Assembly (NCBI GenBank): GCA_035502635.1
Contig: DATJUG010000064.1
Coordinates: 29,783-93,782, forward strand
Direction of reading: 5' to 3'
Source: Bryobacteraceae bacterium
Lineage (GTDB): Bacteria > Acidobacteriota > Terriglobia > Bryobacterales > Bryobacteraceae
Length of the DNA: 64,000 nt
Shown: positions 16,748 to 27,123 of the stretch, one piece after another
Numbering within the stretch: position 1 is the first letter of the stretch
Layout of the letters: each line of letters opens with the position of its first letter
The notes under the pieces: generated by a model
What the model was told of the DNA's origin: nothing
Databases searched by the model: none
The model's input: the letters and a program-made list of their open reading frames with translations, nothing else
Made by a program: the position numbers and the translations under genes

Positions 16748-18168
16748 TTGCGGAGATCGCCGATCCGGTGCAGCTTCAACATATTTGTCGAGCCACGCAG
16801 CCCAACGGGCTGCCCCGCCACGAAGACGATGTTGTCGCCGGGGCGAACGCGCCCCGTCTCGATCAGCATCCGTTCCATCTCATGCAGCATCTCATCCGTC
16901 GAATGAAAAGCGGGCGAAACGATCGGCTGCACGCCGTAGACAATCGAGAGTTGGCGCGCCACCATCTCACTCGACGTGAACGCATAGATCGGAACCGGTG
17001 GACGAGATCGCGCCAGTAATCGCGCTGAGCTTCCGGTGGATGTGCCGACCGCCAACGCCACCACGCCCGCCGATCGCGCGGCATGATAGGCGCCATCGGC
17101 AATGATTTCCGGAATCGTCGTATGTTCCCTCGTCCAAACTTCCGGGAATCCTTTTTCCCGCATCGAGCTTTCGGTCTCGCACGCGATCCGCGCCATCATC
17201 TTGACGGATTCCACCGGATGCTGGCCGGCCGATGTTTCCGCGGAAAGCATGACCGCGCTTGTGCCGTCATAGATGGCATTCGCCACGTCGCTGACTTCGG
17301 CTCGCGTGGGCAAGGAATTCGTAATCATGGATTCGAGCATCTGGGTCGCCGTGATGACGAACTTCCCACATTTTCTCGCCTTCTCGATGATGGCCTTTTG
17401 AATCGCCGGCACTCGCTCGATGGCCATTTCGACGCCCAGATCGCCGCGCGCTACCATCACACCTTCGCACTCCTCGAGAATGGCATCGAGATTCTGCCAG
17501 CCTTCCGGCTTCTCAATCTTTGCGATGATGGGCTGCTTAGCATCCACTTCCTCGAGCAGATGCCGAAGCCGCAGCACATCGCGCGCCTGGCGCACAAACG
17601 AAAGCGCAAAGAAATCCACGTTCTGTTCCACGCCGAAGTGCGCGTCGGCCACATCTTTCCTTGAAAGCGACGGCGTGCTGATGTTCACGCCGGGAAGGTT
17701 GATGCCTTTGCGATCGCTGATCGGTCCTCCGCTAATCACCTGGCAGCGAACGGCCGTTCGATCCGTGCTCAACACTCGAAGTTCGATCGATCCATCGGCC
17801 AGCAGCACTGGGTCACCCGGCTTGACGTCGTGCGCCAGATTCGTGTAGGTCGTCGATGCGATCTCACACGTTCCTTCGACCGGCTCGGTGGTGATCGTGA
17901 ACATCGTGCCGTCCTGAAGCACGCACGAGCCGTTTCGAAAAGTTCCCAGCCGGATCTTCGGCCCCTGCAGATCCAGTAATATTCCGGCCTGCGATCCGAA
18001 CTCCGCCGCAAGTTCGCGGACGGCCTTGATCCGGCGGGCGTGATCTTCCCGCGTGCTGTGCGACGCATTCAACCGGAAAACGTCAACTCCCGCCTCAAAC
18101 AGCCTTCTCAACACGCTATCTGCATCGGTCGAGGGTCCGAGTGTGGCGACGATTTTTGTGGCTCGCAT
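16744..18168 (-). CDS. pyk: Pyruvate kinase
   Basis: MRATKIVATLGPS, FRLNASH, MVARGDLGVE and VITATQMLESM are canonical pyruvate kinase motifs. 474 aa. Confidence 0.95.
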   Translation of the reverse strand: MRATKIVATLGPSTDADSVLRRLFEAGVDVFRLNASHSTREDHARRIKAVRELAAEFGSQAGILLDLQGPKIRLGTFRNGSCVLQDGTMFTITTEPVEGTCEIASTTYTNLAHDVKPGDPVLLADGSIELRVLSTDRTAVRCQVISGGPISDRKGINLPGVNISTPSLSRKDVADAHFGVEQNVDFFALSFVRQARDVLRLRHLLEEVDAKQPIIAKIEKPEGWQNLDAILEECEGVMVARGDLGVEMAIERVPAIQKAIIEKARKCGKFVITATQMLESMITNSLPTRAEVSDVANAIYDGTSAVMLSAETSAGQHPVESVKMMARIACETESSMREKGFPEVWTREHTTIPEIIADGAYHAARSAGVVALAVGTSTGSSARLLARSRPPVPIYAFTSSEMVARQLSIVYGVQPIVSPAFHSTDEMLHEMERMLIETGRVRPGDNIVFVAGQPVGLRGSTNMLKLHRIGDLRN

Positions 18169-18241
18169 GAAGAGGATCAGTGAGATAGGTACACTACGAT
18201 TTCAAGAACTTCACGACGAGGGGAATTTCACTCACCATCAT

Positions 18242-19069
18242 ATGCCGCTCTATCAGGCAATTATCCTGGCGATTGTTCAAGGATTGACAGAGTTCTTTCC
18301 GGTCAGCAGCAGCGCACATTTGATCGTGATCCCCGAATTTCTGCGTTGGGACGACGGGGGCCTGGTATTCGATGTCGCGCTGCACACAGGCACGCTGGCG
18401 GCGATCATTATTTATTTCTTCAAGGATTGGGTGCAAGTGATCGCGAACGGTTTGGGCTTCTCATACAGGGGTTCGCATCCCGACGAAAACAGCCGGTTTC
18501 TGTTGTGGTACCTGGTGATCGGCACCATACCCGGAGCATTAGCCGGTTGGAGGTGGGACAAGTATGCAGAGCACGCCTGGCGCAGCCCGTACATCATCGG
18601 GACGGCTGCGATTCTGGTAGCAATTTACATGGCCGTGGCCGACCGGAAGATTGGCAGAAAGACCGGCCTGGACCAGATGACATGGTCCGACGCCGCGATT
18701 ATAGGAGTCGCGCAAGCGTTTGCCATTATTCCAGGCGTTTCGAGGAGCGGAAGCACCATCGCGGCGGCTCGTTTTTGCAGGCTGGATCGCGAAGCGGCGG
18801 CGCGTTTCTCATTTCTGCTCTCGGCGCCGCTTATCGCCGGCGCGGCAGCGAAGAAATTTCTCGACGTTCATAAAGAGGGCGGATTGCCTCCGGAGATGCG
18901 GCTCCCGTACGCGGTCGGAATACTGGTGAGCGGCATAGTCGGGATTTTGGTGATTGCCTTCTTCTTGAAGTACCTGCGCCACCACAGCCTGGCGGTGTTC
19001 GTGTGGTACCGCATATTTTTTGGCATAATAGTAATCGCTCTGGCAGTGTTCTTCCGCATCGGCGGATGA
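18242..19069 (+). CDS. uppP: Undecaprenyl-diphosphate phosphatase (BacA/UppP)
   Basis: AIVQGLTEFFPVSSSAHL, PGVSRSGSTI, and a polytopic membrane profile. Start set at ATG 18242 (MPLYQAI..), because the longer ORF from 18053 overlaps the pyk 5' end. Confidence 0.9.
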   Translation: MPLYQAIILAIVQGLTEFFPVSSSAHLIVIPEFLRWDDGGLVFDVALHTGTLAAIIIYFFKDWVQVIANGLGFSYRGSHPDENSRFLLWYLVIGTIPGALAGWRWDKYAEHAWRSPYIIGTAAILVAIYMAVADRKIGRKTGLDQMTWSDAAIIGVAQAFAIIPGVSRSGSTIAAARFCRLDREAAARFSFLLSAPLIAGAAAKKFLDVHKEGGLPPEMRLPYAVGILVSGIVGILVIAFFLKYLRHHSLAVFVWYRIFFGIIVIALAVFFRIGG

Positions 19070-21432
19070 CATTACTCTCACCGTCTCGCCACACCCGGCT
19101 CAATGAAGCCGTGGGGCTTCTATTGTTATTGCTCGGCCTTGCCGTTGTGCTGAGCCTGGTGTCGTACTCTTCGGCCGATCCCTCCTGGAACACGGCGACT
19201 GCCTCGACGCACACGCACAATTTGCTTGGGCTTTTCGGAGCCAAATGGGCTGATTTGCTGTTCCAGGTGTTCGGAATCAGCGTGCTCTTGCTGCCGGTGC
19301 ATATCTGGGCACTCGGCTGGAAGTGGGTGCGATCCGCGCCCATCGAGAGCACGTGGTTCCGCGTTCTTGGCAGTTTGGCGCTGTGGTTCTGCGTTTCGGC
19401 GGGATGCGGACTCATTCCTCGGCCTTGGCTGATTGCGGGAAGCGTCCGGCCCAGCGGCATCGTGGGAATGGTCATCGCAGACTTTCTCCTGGCCCGGTTC
19501 GACTTGGCGGGTTCGGCGATCATCACCGTGGCAGCCGGAATCGTGGCGCTGTATTTTGCATCCACGTTTGAAGTCGCTACGCTCATGCGCTGGTTGCGTG
19601 GGCCGCTTGCCAAGTGGAAAGCGATGACCGCCAGATGGCGCGCTTCGCGTGAGGCAAGCCGTCAACGAGCGATTGAAAAGGCTAAGGAAAAAGCAGCAGA
19701 ACGCAAGGCGAGGCGCACTGGACGGCCTCAACGACCGCCGGCACAGGCCGATCCAATTCCAGAGGCTGCTTTTGCGCCGGTCGCTGCGCAGGATGAACCT
19801 CCCTTCGATGTGGAACCCGAACCGGAAGAAATTCCGATCCGCACACTCGAGTATCAACCGCTCATTCGTGCGCAAGCCTCTGAAGAACCGGAAGACGAAA
19901 TGCCGCCGTTCCACGAGCCCGCTGCGATGTCAGCGCCGCCGCCGAGGCGCAAGCGCGCGTACCGTCTGCCGACCAGCGAATTGTTGAATGAAGTGCCGGA
20001 AGGGAACGGCTACGACAGCTTCGAACTGAAAGACATCGCCGGCCGAATCAAATCGAAGCTGGAAGAATTCAATGTTCGGGGCTCGGTGGTGCAGATCAAT
20101 CCGGGACCCGTCGTGACGACGTTCGAATACAAGCCCGAAGCGGGCGTGAAGTATAGCCGCATCACCACCCTGAACGAAGATCTTTGCTTAGGCCTGCAGG
20201 CTGAATCGATTCTAATTGAACGTTTGCCAGGAAAGCCGACCGTAGGGATCGAGGTTCCCAACACCCGGCGGGAGGTCATTAGTCTGCGGGCGATCCTGGA
20301 ATCGGATGAGTTTCGCGATTCACCCTCGAGAATGACGATGGCGCTTGGCAAAGACATCAACGGGCGAATCAAAGTGGCCTCTTTAGAGACGATGCCGCAC
20401 TTGCTGATTGCCGGTTCGACGGGCTCGGGCAAGAGCGTGATGCTAAACGCCATGATCATGTCGTTCCTCTACAAAGCGACTCCGGATGAAGTAAGAATGA
20501 TAATGGTGGACCCCAAGCGGGTCGAACTCGGGATTTATGAAGGCATTCCGCATCTGTTGACTCCGGTTATCACAGAGCCGAAGAAAGCTACCAATGCGTT
20601 GCGAAACGCGGTGCTCGAGATGGAGCGCAGGCTGAAGTTACTGGCGGCGCAAGGAGTGCGCAATATCGATCAATACAATAGAAAAATCGTCCAGCTTCGG
20701 CAAGAGCCGCGTAACTTATTCGAAGAAGACGAAGCCGAAGACGCGAAGCCGCTGCCGTATGTGCTGATTCTCATTGACGAGCTTGCGGATTTGATGATGC
20801 TCGAACGCGCCAACGTGGAAGAGTGCATCACCCGGCTGGCGCAGATGGCGCGCGCAGTCGGGATGCACCTGGTGTTGGCGACGCAGCGGCCGAGCGTTGA
20901 TGTGATCACGGGTTTGATCAAGGCGAATTTCCCTTCACGCATCAGCTTCCGGGTGGCAACGCGCGTAGATTCGCGGACCGTTCTCGATACCATGGGCGCC
21001 GAACATCTGCTCGGGAAAGGCGACATGCTGTTCCTGCCGCCCGGTTCTTCACGCTTGACACGCGTACACGGCGCGTTCGTCACGGAAGCGGAGACGATTC
21101 GCGTGGTCGATTTCTGGAAGGAACAGGCGACGCCGGAGTACGACGATACCTTCCTAATGGCGCCGCCACCGGAAGACGATGAAGAAAACGCGGAGGTTTT
21201 CGAAGGCGAACAGGATCCGATGTACGAGGATGCGGTGCGCGTGGTGGTCGAGATGGGCAAAGCGTCCACTTCCACGCTCCAAAGGCGGCTACGGTTAGGC
21301 TACGGGCGAGCGGCTCGCATTTTAGACGTGATGCAGCGCGACGGAATTATTGGACCGCCGGACGGCAGTAAACCGCGTGAGGTGCTGAAGCGCCCGGATT
21401 GGTTGAGAGAAGTGGAAGGCCAACTAAGATAG
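19066..21432 (+). CDS. ftsK: DNA translocase FtsK
   Basis: N-terminal TM helices, a Pro/Glu-rich linker, motor domain with Walker A GSTGSGKS and LPYVLILIDELADLMM, and a C-terminal gamma winged-helix (STSTLQRRLRLGYGRAARIL). ATG 19066 overlaps the uppP stop (ATGA). Confidence 0.95.
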   Translation: MTLLSPSRHTRLNEAVGLLLLLLGLAVVLSLVSYSSADPSWNTATASTHTHNLLGLFGAKWADLLFQVFGISVLLLPVHIWALGWKWVRSAPIESTWFRVLGSLALWFCVSAGCGLIPRPWLIAGSVRPSGIVGMVIADFLLARFDLAGSAIITVAAGIVALYFASTFEVATLMRWLRGPLAKWKAMTARWRASREASRQRAIEKAKEKAAERKARRTGRPQRPPAQADPIPEAAFAPVAAQDEPPFDVEPEPEEIPIRTLEYQPLIRAQASEEPEDEMPPFHEPAAMSAPPPRRKRAYRLPTSELLNEVPEGNGYDSFELKDIAGRIKSKLEEFNVRGSVVQINPGPVVTTFEYKPEAGVKYSRITTLNEDLCLGLQAESILIERLPGKPTVGIEVPNTRREVISLRAILESDEFRDSPSRMTMALGKDINGRIKVASLETMPHLLIAGSTGSGKSVMLNAMIMSFLYKATPDEVRMIMVDPKRVELGIYEGIPHLLTPVITEPKKATNALRNAVLEMERRLKLLAAQGVRNIDQYNRKIVQLRQEPRNLFEEDEAEDAKPLPYVLILIDELADLMMLERANVEECITRLAQMARAVGMHLVLATQRPSVDVITGLIKANFPSRISFRVATRVDSRTVLDTMGAEHLLGKGDMLFLPPGSSRLTRVHGAFVTEAETIRVVDFWKEQATPEYDDTFLMAPPPEDDEENAEVFEGEQDPMYEDAVRVVVEMGKASTSTLQRRLRLGYGRAARILDVMQRDGIIGPPDGSKPREVLKRPDWLREVEGQLR

Positions 21433-21462
21433 GTAACCGATTACAGAATTCGATAAAACCGG

Positions 21463-21490
21463 TTCACAAAGCTTCTACTTGCTGTATACT
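21463..21490 (+). promoter_or_regulatory. Candidate sigma70-type promoter (TTCACA-N16-TATACT) upstream of the TonB-dependent receptor gene
   Basis: Hexamers at 21463-21468 and 21485-21490, about 135 nt upstream of ATG 21625. Pattern match only. Confidence 0.25.
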
Positions 21491-21624
21491 AGCCTTTTCT
21501 CCTAGTCTGAGGACCACTCTAAGTCGAACGATATGAACTAAACGATCGCCGAGCGGAGCATTGGCTATTTATGTGCTTGCGCTTCAGGACATCAATATAA
21601 CTGTGCGCATTTGTCAGGAGGATT

Positions 21625-24600
21625 ATGAATCGCTTTCTGGTACTTATGCTCTCAGTGCTTCTCCCTGTTGCAGCAGCACACGCCCAAACATTCCGAGGCG
21701 CAATTAATGGTACGGTGACAGATCCGTCAGGAGCTGTTCTTCCGAACGCGGCGGTGGTCGCAACGGAAAACGCGACCGGCGTGGCGTACAACAGCGTTAC
21801 CACGAACGACGGTGAGTTCTCGTTTCAAGACCTTCCCATAGGCGTATATACGGTGACGGTGACGTCCGCTGGGTTCGAGAAGGTCACGGTCTCAAAAATC
21901 AACGTAACGGCGGGAAACATTTATACGTTGCCGGTGAAGATGACGATGGGGCAGACGTCGACGACGGTGGAAGTTTCCGCCGCCGCAGTGCAGGTAGACA
22001 CCACGACAGCGACACAGAGTGACACCATTCCGACTACGGCTCTGCAGAACATTCCGCTGAACGGGCGCGATTTCTCGCAGCTTATCGCGGTATCGCCGGG
22101 CTACGGCGGATACTCAGTGGGCGGCTACGGGTCGTTGAATGGAACTCGCGCGAACCAGATGAACTGGCAGATCGACGGGACCGATAACAACGATCTTTGG
22201 CACAATATTCCAGCCGTGAATCAAGGTGGCGTGTCGGGGATCGCCGGCGTGGTTATGCCGATTGACGCTATCGATGAGTTTTCGGCGCAAACCCAATCGA
22301 ACGCGGAGAGCGGGCGCAATGCCGGGGGAACGGTAAACCTGACAATCAAAAGCGGCACTAATGAACTACACGGTAGTGCATATTATTACAACCGGAATGA
22401 GTTCTATGCCGCCAGTTCGCCATTTTTCGTACCCACTCCGGATTTCCCAAAAGCGCCGGAATTGCGCAATTACAACACCGGATTTACTATTGGCGGACCG
22501 ATCATCAAGGATAGGACGTTCTACTTCATCGGATTCGAGAGGCAAGATTACGTCTTCGGGCTGACCGGGCTTTCTACCGAGCCCTCGGCTGCCTGGGTAT
22601 CGCAAGCGACTAGCCTGCTGCATCAATTCGGCGTTCCTGAGAGCTCATTATCGGCGAGGCTATTGGCAACCCTTTGGCCGAGCTCGATTGTAAACTTGCC
22701 GGGCACTGTTAACAACTATTTCGCGACGGTTCCGGGAACAGGTTACAGCTATAACGGCGTGGTCAAAGTAGACCATAACTTCAATGACAAAGAGCATCTG
22801 TCGCTCCACTGGTTCGCAGGACAAGGAGACCAGACTCAGCCACCGGGCGCGAGCCTGGCGCTTGCCACCGCGAGCTCCAATCTTGGTTACTATTTCGAAG
22901 TCGCTCCGCTTCATGTGCAGAACTATTCCGCCGTTTTGAATTCGCTCTTTACGGCGCGACTGACTAACCAATTGCTTTTCGGCATCAGTTACTTTAACCA
23001 AGTTTTTCATGATGCCAACAACAGCTTCAACATGGCAGCTCTGGGCCTGGACCTGAGCCCGGATGCGACCAAGAACGGGCAACCCATCATGGGGGCTTCA
23101 AACATCGAGATCAGCGGGTTCGATCAAGCGGGAATTACGCCTCCCGAGGGGCGGAACGACGTTACGGGACACTTGACGGATATTGTTTCCTATGTTGCGG
23201 GAGCTCACCAACTGCGCTTCGGCGGCGAGGTTCGGCAGGGACGAGTGGACGAGTTCTACTTCCGAAGGTCAACCGGGGAGTTCACGTTCGACGGAACACA
23301 GGGACCGTGGGCGGCCTTCTGCACGTCGAATGCTACTGCGTCAGGTTGTAACAGCAATACTCTGGCACTGGCCGATTTCCTTGCTGGCGATGTGAGCACG
23401 TCCTCCATTGCGGTAGGTGATGCGGAGCGAAAGGTTGCGGTGAACGCGTTTGATTTCTTCGGACAAGATGACTGGCAGATTACCCCGAGGCTCAATCTGA
23501 ATTTCGGGCTGCGCTACGAATATTTCGGGCCGTTGCACAGCACGAATGGCGACGATCTCGGTGTCTTCGTGCAAGGAAGCGGCTTAGAGATTCAGGGGAA
23601 GGGCATCAACGCGGTCTTCCCGCCGGATAAGAACAACTTTGCTCCGCGCTTTGGATTCGCGTATCAGGCCGATAGCAGCGGCCATCTGGTGGTGCGCGGC
23701 GGGTTAGGCGTTTTCTATGACCAAATCAACATGAATCCCTTTCTGGACTTTCGCCCTCCCATCAGCGCGGCGGATGGGTTGGAAGACAATCCCATCGGGC
23801 CTCATGCGGTAGACAACTACAGCTTGAATAATTACAATTGGCAAACCGTCCAGGCGGGAGGAGCTTCCATTTTTCCAGGAGTTACAACTTGCTTGGGAAA
23901 TTTCACCACAGATCCCGGGTGCCTGAGTCCAAGTCAGACGTTCAACGTATTCTCAGTGAGTCAGAACTTTCGGGCGCCGTATTTCTTCAACTTCAACCTG
24001 AATGTCGAAAAGAGCCTGGGCAATTCAGCCGTCTGGCAGGTAGGTTACGTAGGCAGCGAAGGACGCAAGCTGTCCATTATGCAGAACATCAACCAGGACG
24101 GAGCGTTTGCGGCGCAATATCCCAACTACGGCTCGATCATCCAATTAAATAGCGACGGAACGTCCAACTATAATTCGCTGCAGACTACTTTGAAGATCAG
24201 GCAGTGGCACGGATTTAACGCGCAATTCGCCTACACTTATGCTCACGAATTAGACGAGGTAACGGAGTATCGCGGCGCAATCCCGCTGGACAGTTTCAAT
24301 CTGGCGCAAGAATACGCGAGCGGCGACTTCGATACACGGCATAATTTCACGGCGTTCTTCACGTGGGATATTCCGGGTTCGTCGCATCTCAAGCTGCTTA
24401 CCAGCGGCTGGCAGGTCAGCAGCGAAATCACGCTTCACAGCGGGCAGCCTTTCAACTTCGATGCCGGAACGCAGCGCCCAGGCTTGAATATTGTGTCGAA
24501 CCCGTTCGCGGGGGTTAGCCACACGTTCGTGAACGGAGTCGGTGAGCAATGGGTGAATCCGGCCGCTTTCTGTGTGCCGGGATCGGCGGGGTGCCCGGGA

Positions 24601-24885
24601 ACAACGAACCCTGACGGAGATCTTTCGCGCAATGCCTTTTACGGACCGGGATTCGCAGATGTAGACTTGTCGGTGTTCAAGAACATTCCAATCAAGGAAC
24701 GGCTGAGAATTCAGCTTCGCGCCGAGATGTTCAATTTGTTTAATCGGATCAATCTCGCCTCCGGCGCAGGTTCGGTGGGGTCTAACGGCGTGGTGGCTGA
24801 TACCATCGGCGATTTCAACGGGGCTCCCGGTCTAGGACCCGGCGAGCCATTCAACATGCAGCTTGCGGCTAAAATCATCTTTTAG
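21625..24885 (+). CDS. TonB-dependent receptor-like outer-membrane protein with N-terminal carboxypeptidase-regulatory-like domain
   Basis: Signal peptide (..PVAAAHA/Q). GTVTDPSGAVLPNAAVVATENATGV...DGEFSFQDLPIGVYTVTV is CarboxypepD_reg-like. Plug-like region (IPLNGRDFSQL), long beta-barrel-like body, C-terminal ...LAAKIIF. GGAGGA Shine-Dalgarno. Confidence 0.8.
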   Translation: MNRFLVLMLSVLLPVAAAHAQTFRGAINGTVTDPSGAVLPNAAVVATENATGVAYNSVTTNDGEFSFQDLPIGVYTVTVTSAGFEKVTVSKINVTAGNIYTLPVKMTMGQTSTTVEVSAAAVQVDTTTATQSDTIPTTALQNIPLNGRDFSQLIAVSPGYGGYSVGGYGSLNGTRANQMNWQIDGTDNNDLWHNIPAVNQGGVSGIAGVVMPIDAIDEFSAQTQSNAESGRNAGGTVNLTIKSGTNELHGSAYYYNRNEFYAASSPFFVPTPDFPKAPELRNYNTGFTIGGPIIKDRTFYFIGFERQDYVFGLTGLSTEPSAAWVSQATSLLHQFGVPESSLSARLLATLWPSSIVNLPGTVNNYFATVPGTGYSYNGVVKVDHNFNDKEHLSLHWFAGQGDQTQPPGASLALATASSNLGYYFEVAPLHVQNYSAVLNSLFTARLTNQLLFGISYFNQVFHDANNSFNMAALGLDLSPDATKNGQPIMGASNIEISGFDQAGITPPEGRNDVTGHLTDIVSYVAGAHQLRFGGEVRQGRVDEFYFRRSTGEFTFDGTQGPWAAFCTSNATASGCNSNTLALADFLAGDVSTSSIAVGDAERKVAVNAFDFFGQDDWQITPRLNLNFGLRYEYFGPLHSTNGDDLGVFVQGSGLEIQGKGINAVFPPDKNNFAPRFGFAYQADSSGHLVVRGGLGVFYDQINMNPFLDFRPPISAADGLEDNPIGPHAVDNYSLNNYNWQTVQAGGASIFPGVTTCLGNFTTDPGCLSPSQTFNVFSVSQNFRAPYFFNFNLNVEKSLGNSAVWQVGYVGSEGRKLSIMQNINQDGAFAAQYPNYGSIIQLNSDGTSNYNSLQTTLKIRQWHGFNAQFAYTYAHELDEVTEYRGAIPLDSFNLAQEYASGDFDTRHNFTAFFTWDIPGSSHLKLLTSGWQVSSEITLHSGQPFNFDAGTQRPGLNIVSNPFAGVSHTFVNGVGEQWVNPAAFCVPGSAGCPGTTNPDGDLSRNAFYGPGFADVDLSVFKNIPIKERLRIQLRAEMFNLFNRINLASGAGSVGSNGVVADTIGDFNGAPGLGPGEPFNMQLAAKIIF

Positions 24886-24918
24886 GACTTGCATGCGACC
24901 ACGCGCCGGGAGATCTGG

Positions 24919-25467
24919 ATGAGCTTCAGCCGGCGCGATTGGATTTTGGGCACGCTGGGCTCTACGGCATGGGCTGCCATTGCGGCGGCGCAGGAACACG
25001 CGCGGCAGTCGGTGGAACAACCGAACACCACGCATTTCGAGTTCTTCGACGCCTCCACCGCGGCTGACGTCGCGGCCATTGCAGAACAGATACTTCCTTC
25101 CGACGATGGCCCAGGCGCGACCGAGGCGGGCGTGGTCTTTTTCATCGATCGCGCCTTGACCACATTCGATGCGGATAAGCAAGATACCTACCGGCGCGGA
25201 TTGGGCGAATTGAACAAGCGCCGCAAAGAACTCTTTCCCAATTCCCAGACTATTGCGGCCCTCTCGAATGCCCAACAGATCCAGTTACTCCAGGCGATTG
25301 ACAAATCCGATTTCTTCGAAGTTATCAGAACCCATACGTTACTTGGCTTCCTAGGAAATCCGAGTTATGGCGGAAATCGTGGATCCGTAGGTTGGAAATA
25401 CATCGGTTTTGAAGATCGCATGGTGTGGACGCCGCCTTTTGGCTATTATGATGCGGAGATGAAGTGA
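24919..25467 (+). CDS. Gluconate 2-dehydrogenase subunit 3-family protein (Tat-signal small subunit)
   Basis: Twin-arginine N-terminus MSFSRRDWILGTLGSTAWAAIAAA. ILPSDDGPGATEAGVVFFIDRAL is typical of this family. Start at ATG 24919 (GGGAGA upstream) preferred over TTG 24889. Confidence 0.7.
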   Translation: MSFSRRDWILGTLGSTAWAAIAAAQEHARQSVEQPNTTHFEFFDASTAADVAAIAEQILPSDDGPGATEAGVVFFIDRALTTFDADKQDTYRRGLGELNKRRKELFPNSQTIAALSNAQQIQLLQAIDKSDFFEVIRTHTLLGFLGNPSYGGNRGSVGWKYIGFEDRMVWTPPFGYYDAEMK

Positions 25468-27116
25468 CTGCGCAATTCAAACCGGCCGAGACGGTCGATT
25501 TCGTAGTGATCGGCGCTGGAGCCGCGGGCGGCGTTGTGGCAAAGGAGCTGTCAACGGCGGGATTTAGCGTGGTGGTGCTTGAGCAAGGGCCTTATCTGCA
25601 AGAGAAAGATTACTCGCACGACGAAATCAAGTACACGTTCCAGGCGGGATTTACCAACGATCCCAAATTGCAGCCCCTCATGTTCCGCAAGAACGAGAAC
25701 GAGCCGGCGATAGCCAAGCAGACCATCATGTACGGCAGGCAAGTGGGCGGCGGGTCGGTACACTTTACGGCCAATTACTGGCGCTTTCACGAGAGCGACT
25801 TTCACGAGCGAAGCCTTTTTGGAGATGTACCGGGAACTTCGTTCGCTGACTGGCCGATCAGTTACAACGATCTGGAACCGTTCTACACGAAGGCCGAATA
25901 CGACCTGGGGATTTCCGGTTTGGCCGGCGCCAACCCGTTTGAGGCGCCGCGATCGAAACCGTATCCCTTACCACCCATGCCGGTCAAGTCCTCCGGAGTG
26001 CTGTTTGAGCAGGCAACTAAGAAACTCGGGCTGCATCCGTTTCCGGCGCCGGTAGCCATTCTTTCGCAACCCTATCGGGGTCGAGGCGCATGCGTCCACT
26101 GCGGCTTCTGCGAAGCGTTCGGATGCGAGATTCGCGCGAAATCCAGCACGAAAGTCACCGTTATTCCAGTGGCCGAGAAAACCGGGCGTTGCGAGATCCG
26201 GCCGGATTCCTATGTACGGAAGGTTGAAACGGATGCGCGCGGCCGCGCAACCGGCGCGATCTACTTCGACTCGCAGCGGCGTGAGGTGTTTCAGCGTGCG
26301 CGTGCTGTGGTGGTCTGTGCGAACGGAGTAGAATCGCCCAGGTTGCTGCTTAATTCTAGGTCCAACTTATTCCCCCAGGGCCTCGCGAACTCCAGCGGCT
26401 TAGTCGGCAAGAATCTCATGTGGGATCTCGGCGTACTGGCGAGCGCCGTCTTTGAACACCCCCTGAACGAATTCAAGAGCATTCAGGTAACCCGGCTGAT
26501 TCACGATTACTACCGCGCCGATCCAAAGCGTGGATTTTATGGAGGCGGCGGAATTGACGCGCGGTTCCAGTATTATCCGGCGGGATTCGCATTGTTCGGC
26601 TTGCCAGAAAATGCGCCGCGGTGGGGCTTGGAGTACAAGAAAACGGTAGGTGAGTACTTCACGCGTACGATGTCGCTGCTGGGACATGCAACGTCGCTGC
26701 CGATGGAGAAAAACTCTGTGAGTCTTGATCCCGGCGTGAAAGACGCGTGGGGGCTGCCCGCGGTGCGAATTACTTACGAACGCCACCCGGACGATATGGC
26801 TAACCTGAAGTGGCTGCTGGAGAGGGAATACGAGATTTTTGAAGCCATGAAACCGAAAAAGTATTGGGCCGCCCCTGACGCATTTGACCTTCCTGTGTCG
26901 GTACATCTGATGGGTACTTGCCGGATGGGAGCGGATCCGAAAAAGTCTGTTGTGAATCGCTATAGCCAGACGCACGACGTGCCGAACCTGTTTGTAGTGG
27001 ACGGAAGCAATTTCGTAACATCGGCGCGGCAGCAGCCGACTGCCACGATTCAGGCGCTCGCCTATCATGCGGCCGACCACATGATTCGCGCGGCGAAGAG
27101 CGGCGAAATCAGCTAA
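25464..27116 (+). CDS. GMC-family FAD-dependent oxidoreductase (large subunit)
   Basis: FAD fold DFVVIGAGAAGGVVAKELSTAGFSVVVLEQG and C-terminal GMC block HLMGTCRMG...VVDGSNF. 4-nt overlap with the small-subunit gene. Confidence 0.85.
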   Translation: MTAQFKPAETVDFVVIGAGAAGGVVAKELSTAGFSVVVLEQGPYLQEKDYSHDEIKYTFQAGFTNDPKLQPLMFRKNENEPAIAKQTIMYGRQVGGGSVHFTANYWRFHESDFHERSLFGDVPGTSFADWPISYNDLEPFYTKAEYDLGISGLAGANPFEAPRSKPYPLPPMPVKSSGVLFEQATKKLGLHPFPAPVAILSQPYRGRGACVHCGFCEAFGCEIRAKSSTKVTVIPVAEKTGRCEIRPDSYVRKVETDARGRATGAIYFDSQRREVFQRARAVVVCANGVESPRLLLNSRSNLFPQGLANSSGLVGKNLMWDLGVLASAVFEHPLNEFKSIQVTRLIHDYYRADPKRGFYGGGGIDARFQYYPAGFALFGLPENAPRWGLEYKKTVGEYFTRTMSLLGHATSLPMEKNSVSLDPGVKDAWGLPAVRITYERHPDDMANLKWLLEREYEIFEAMKPKKYWAAPDAFDLPVSVHLMGTCRMGADPKKSVVNRYSQTHDVPNLFVVDGSNFVTSARQQPTATIQALAYHAADHMIRAAKSGEIS

Positions 27117-27123
27117 CTTCGAA

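Noticed and set aside
18831-19914. Two 260-aa minus-strand ORFs antisense to uppP and ftsK.
   Set aside because: They overlap genes with unambiguous homology. Arg/Ser/Pro-rich shadow-ORF composition.
21433-21624. Riboswitch (for example cobalamin) in the leader of the TonB-dependent receptor gene.
   Set aside because: No B12-box-like GCCACTG or other conserved riboswitch core that I can recognise. Only a weak 5-bp inverted repeat (AACCG...CGGTT).
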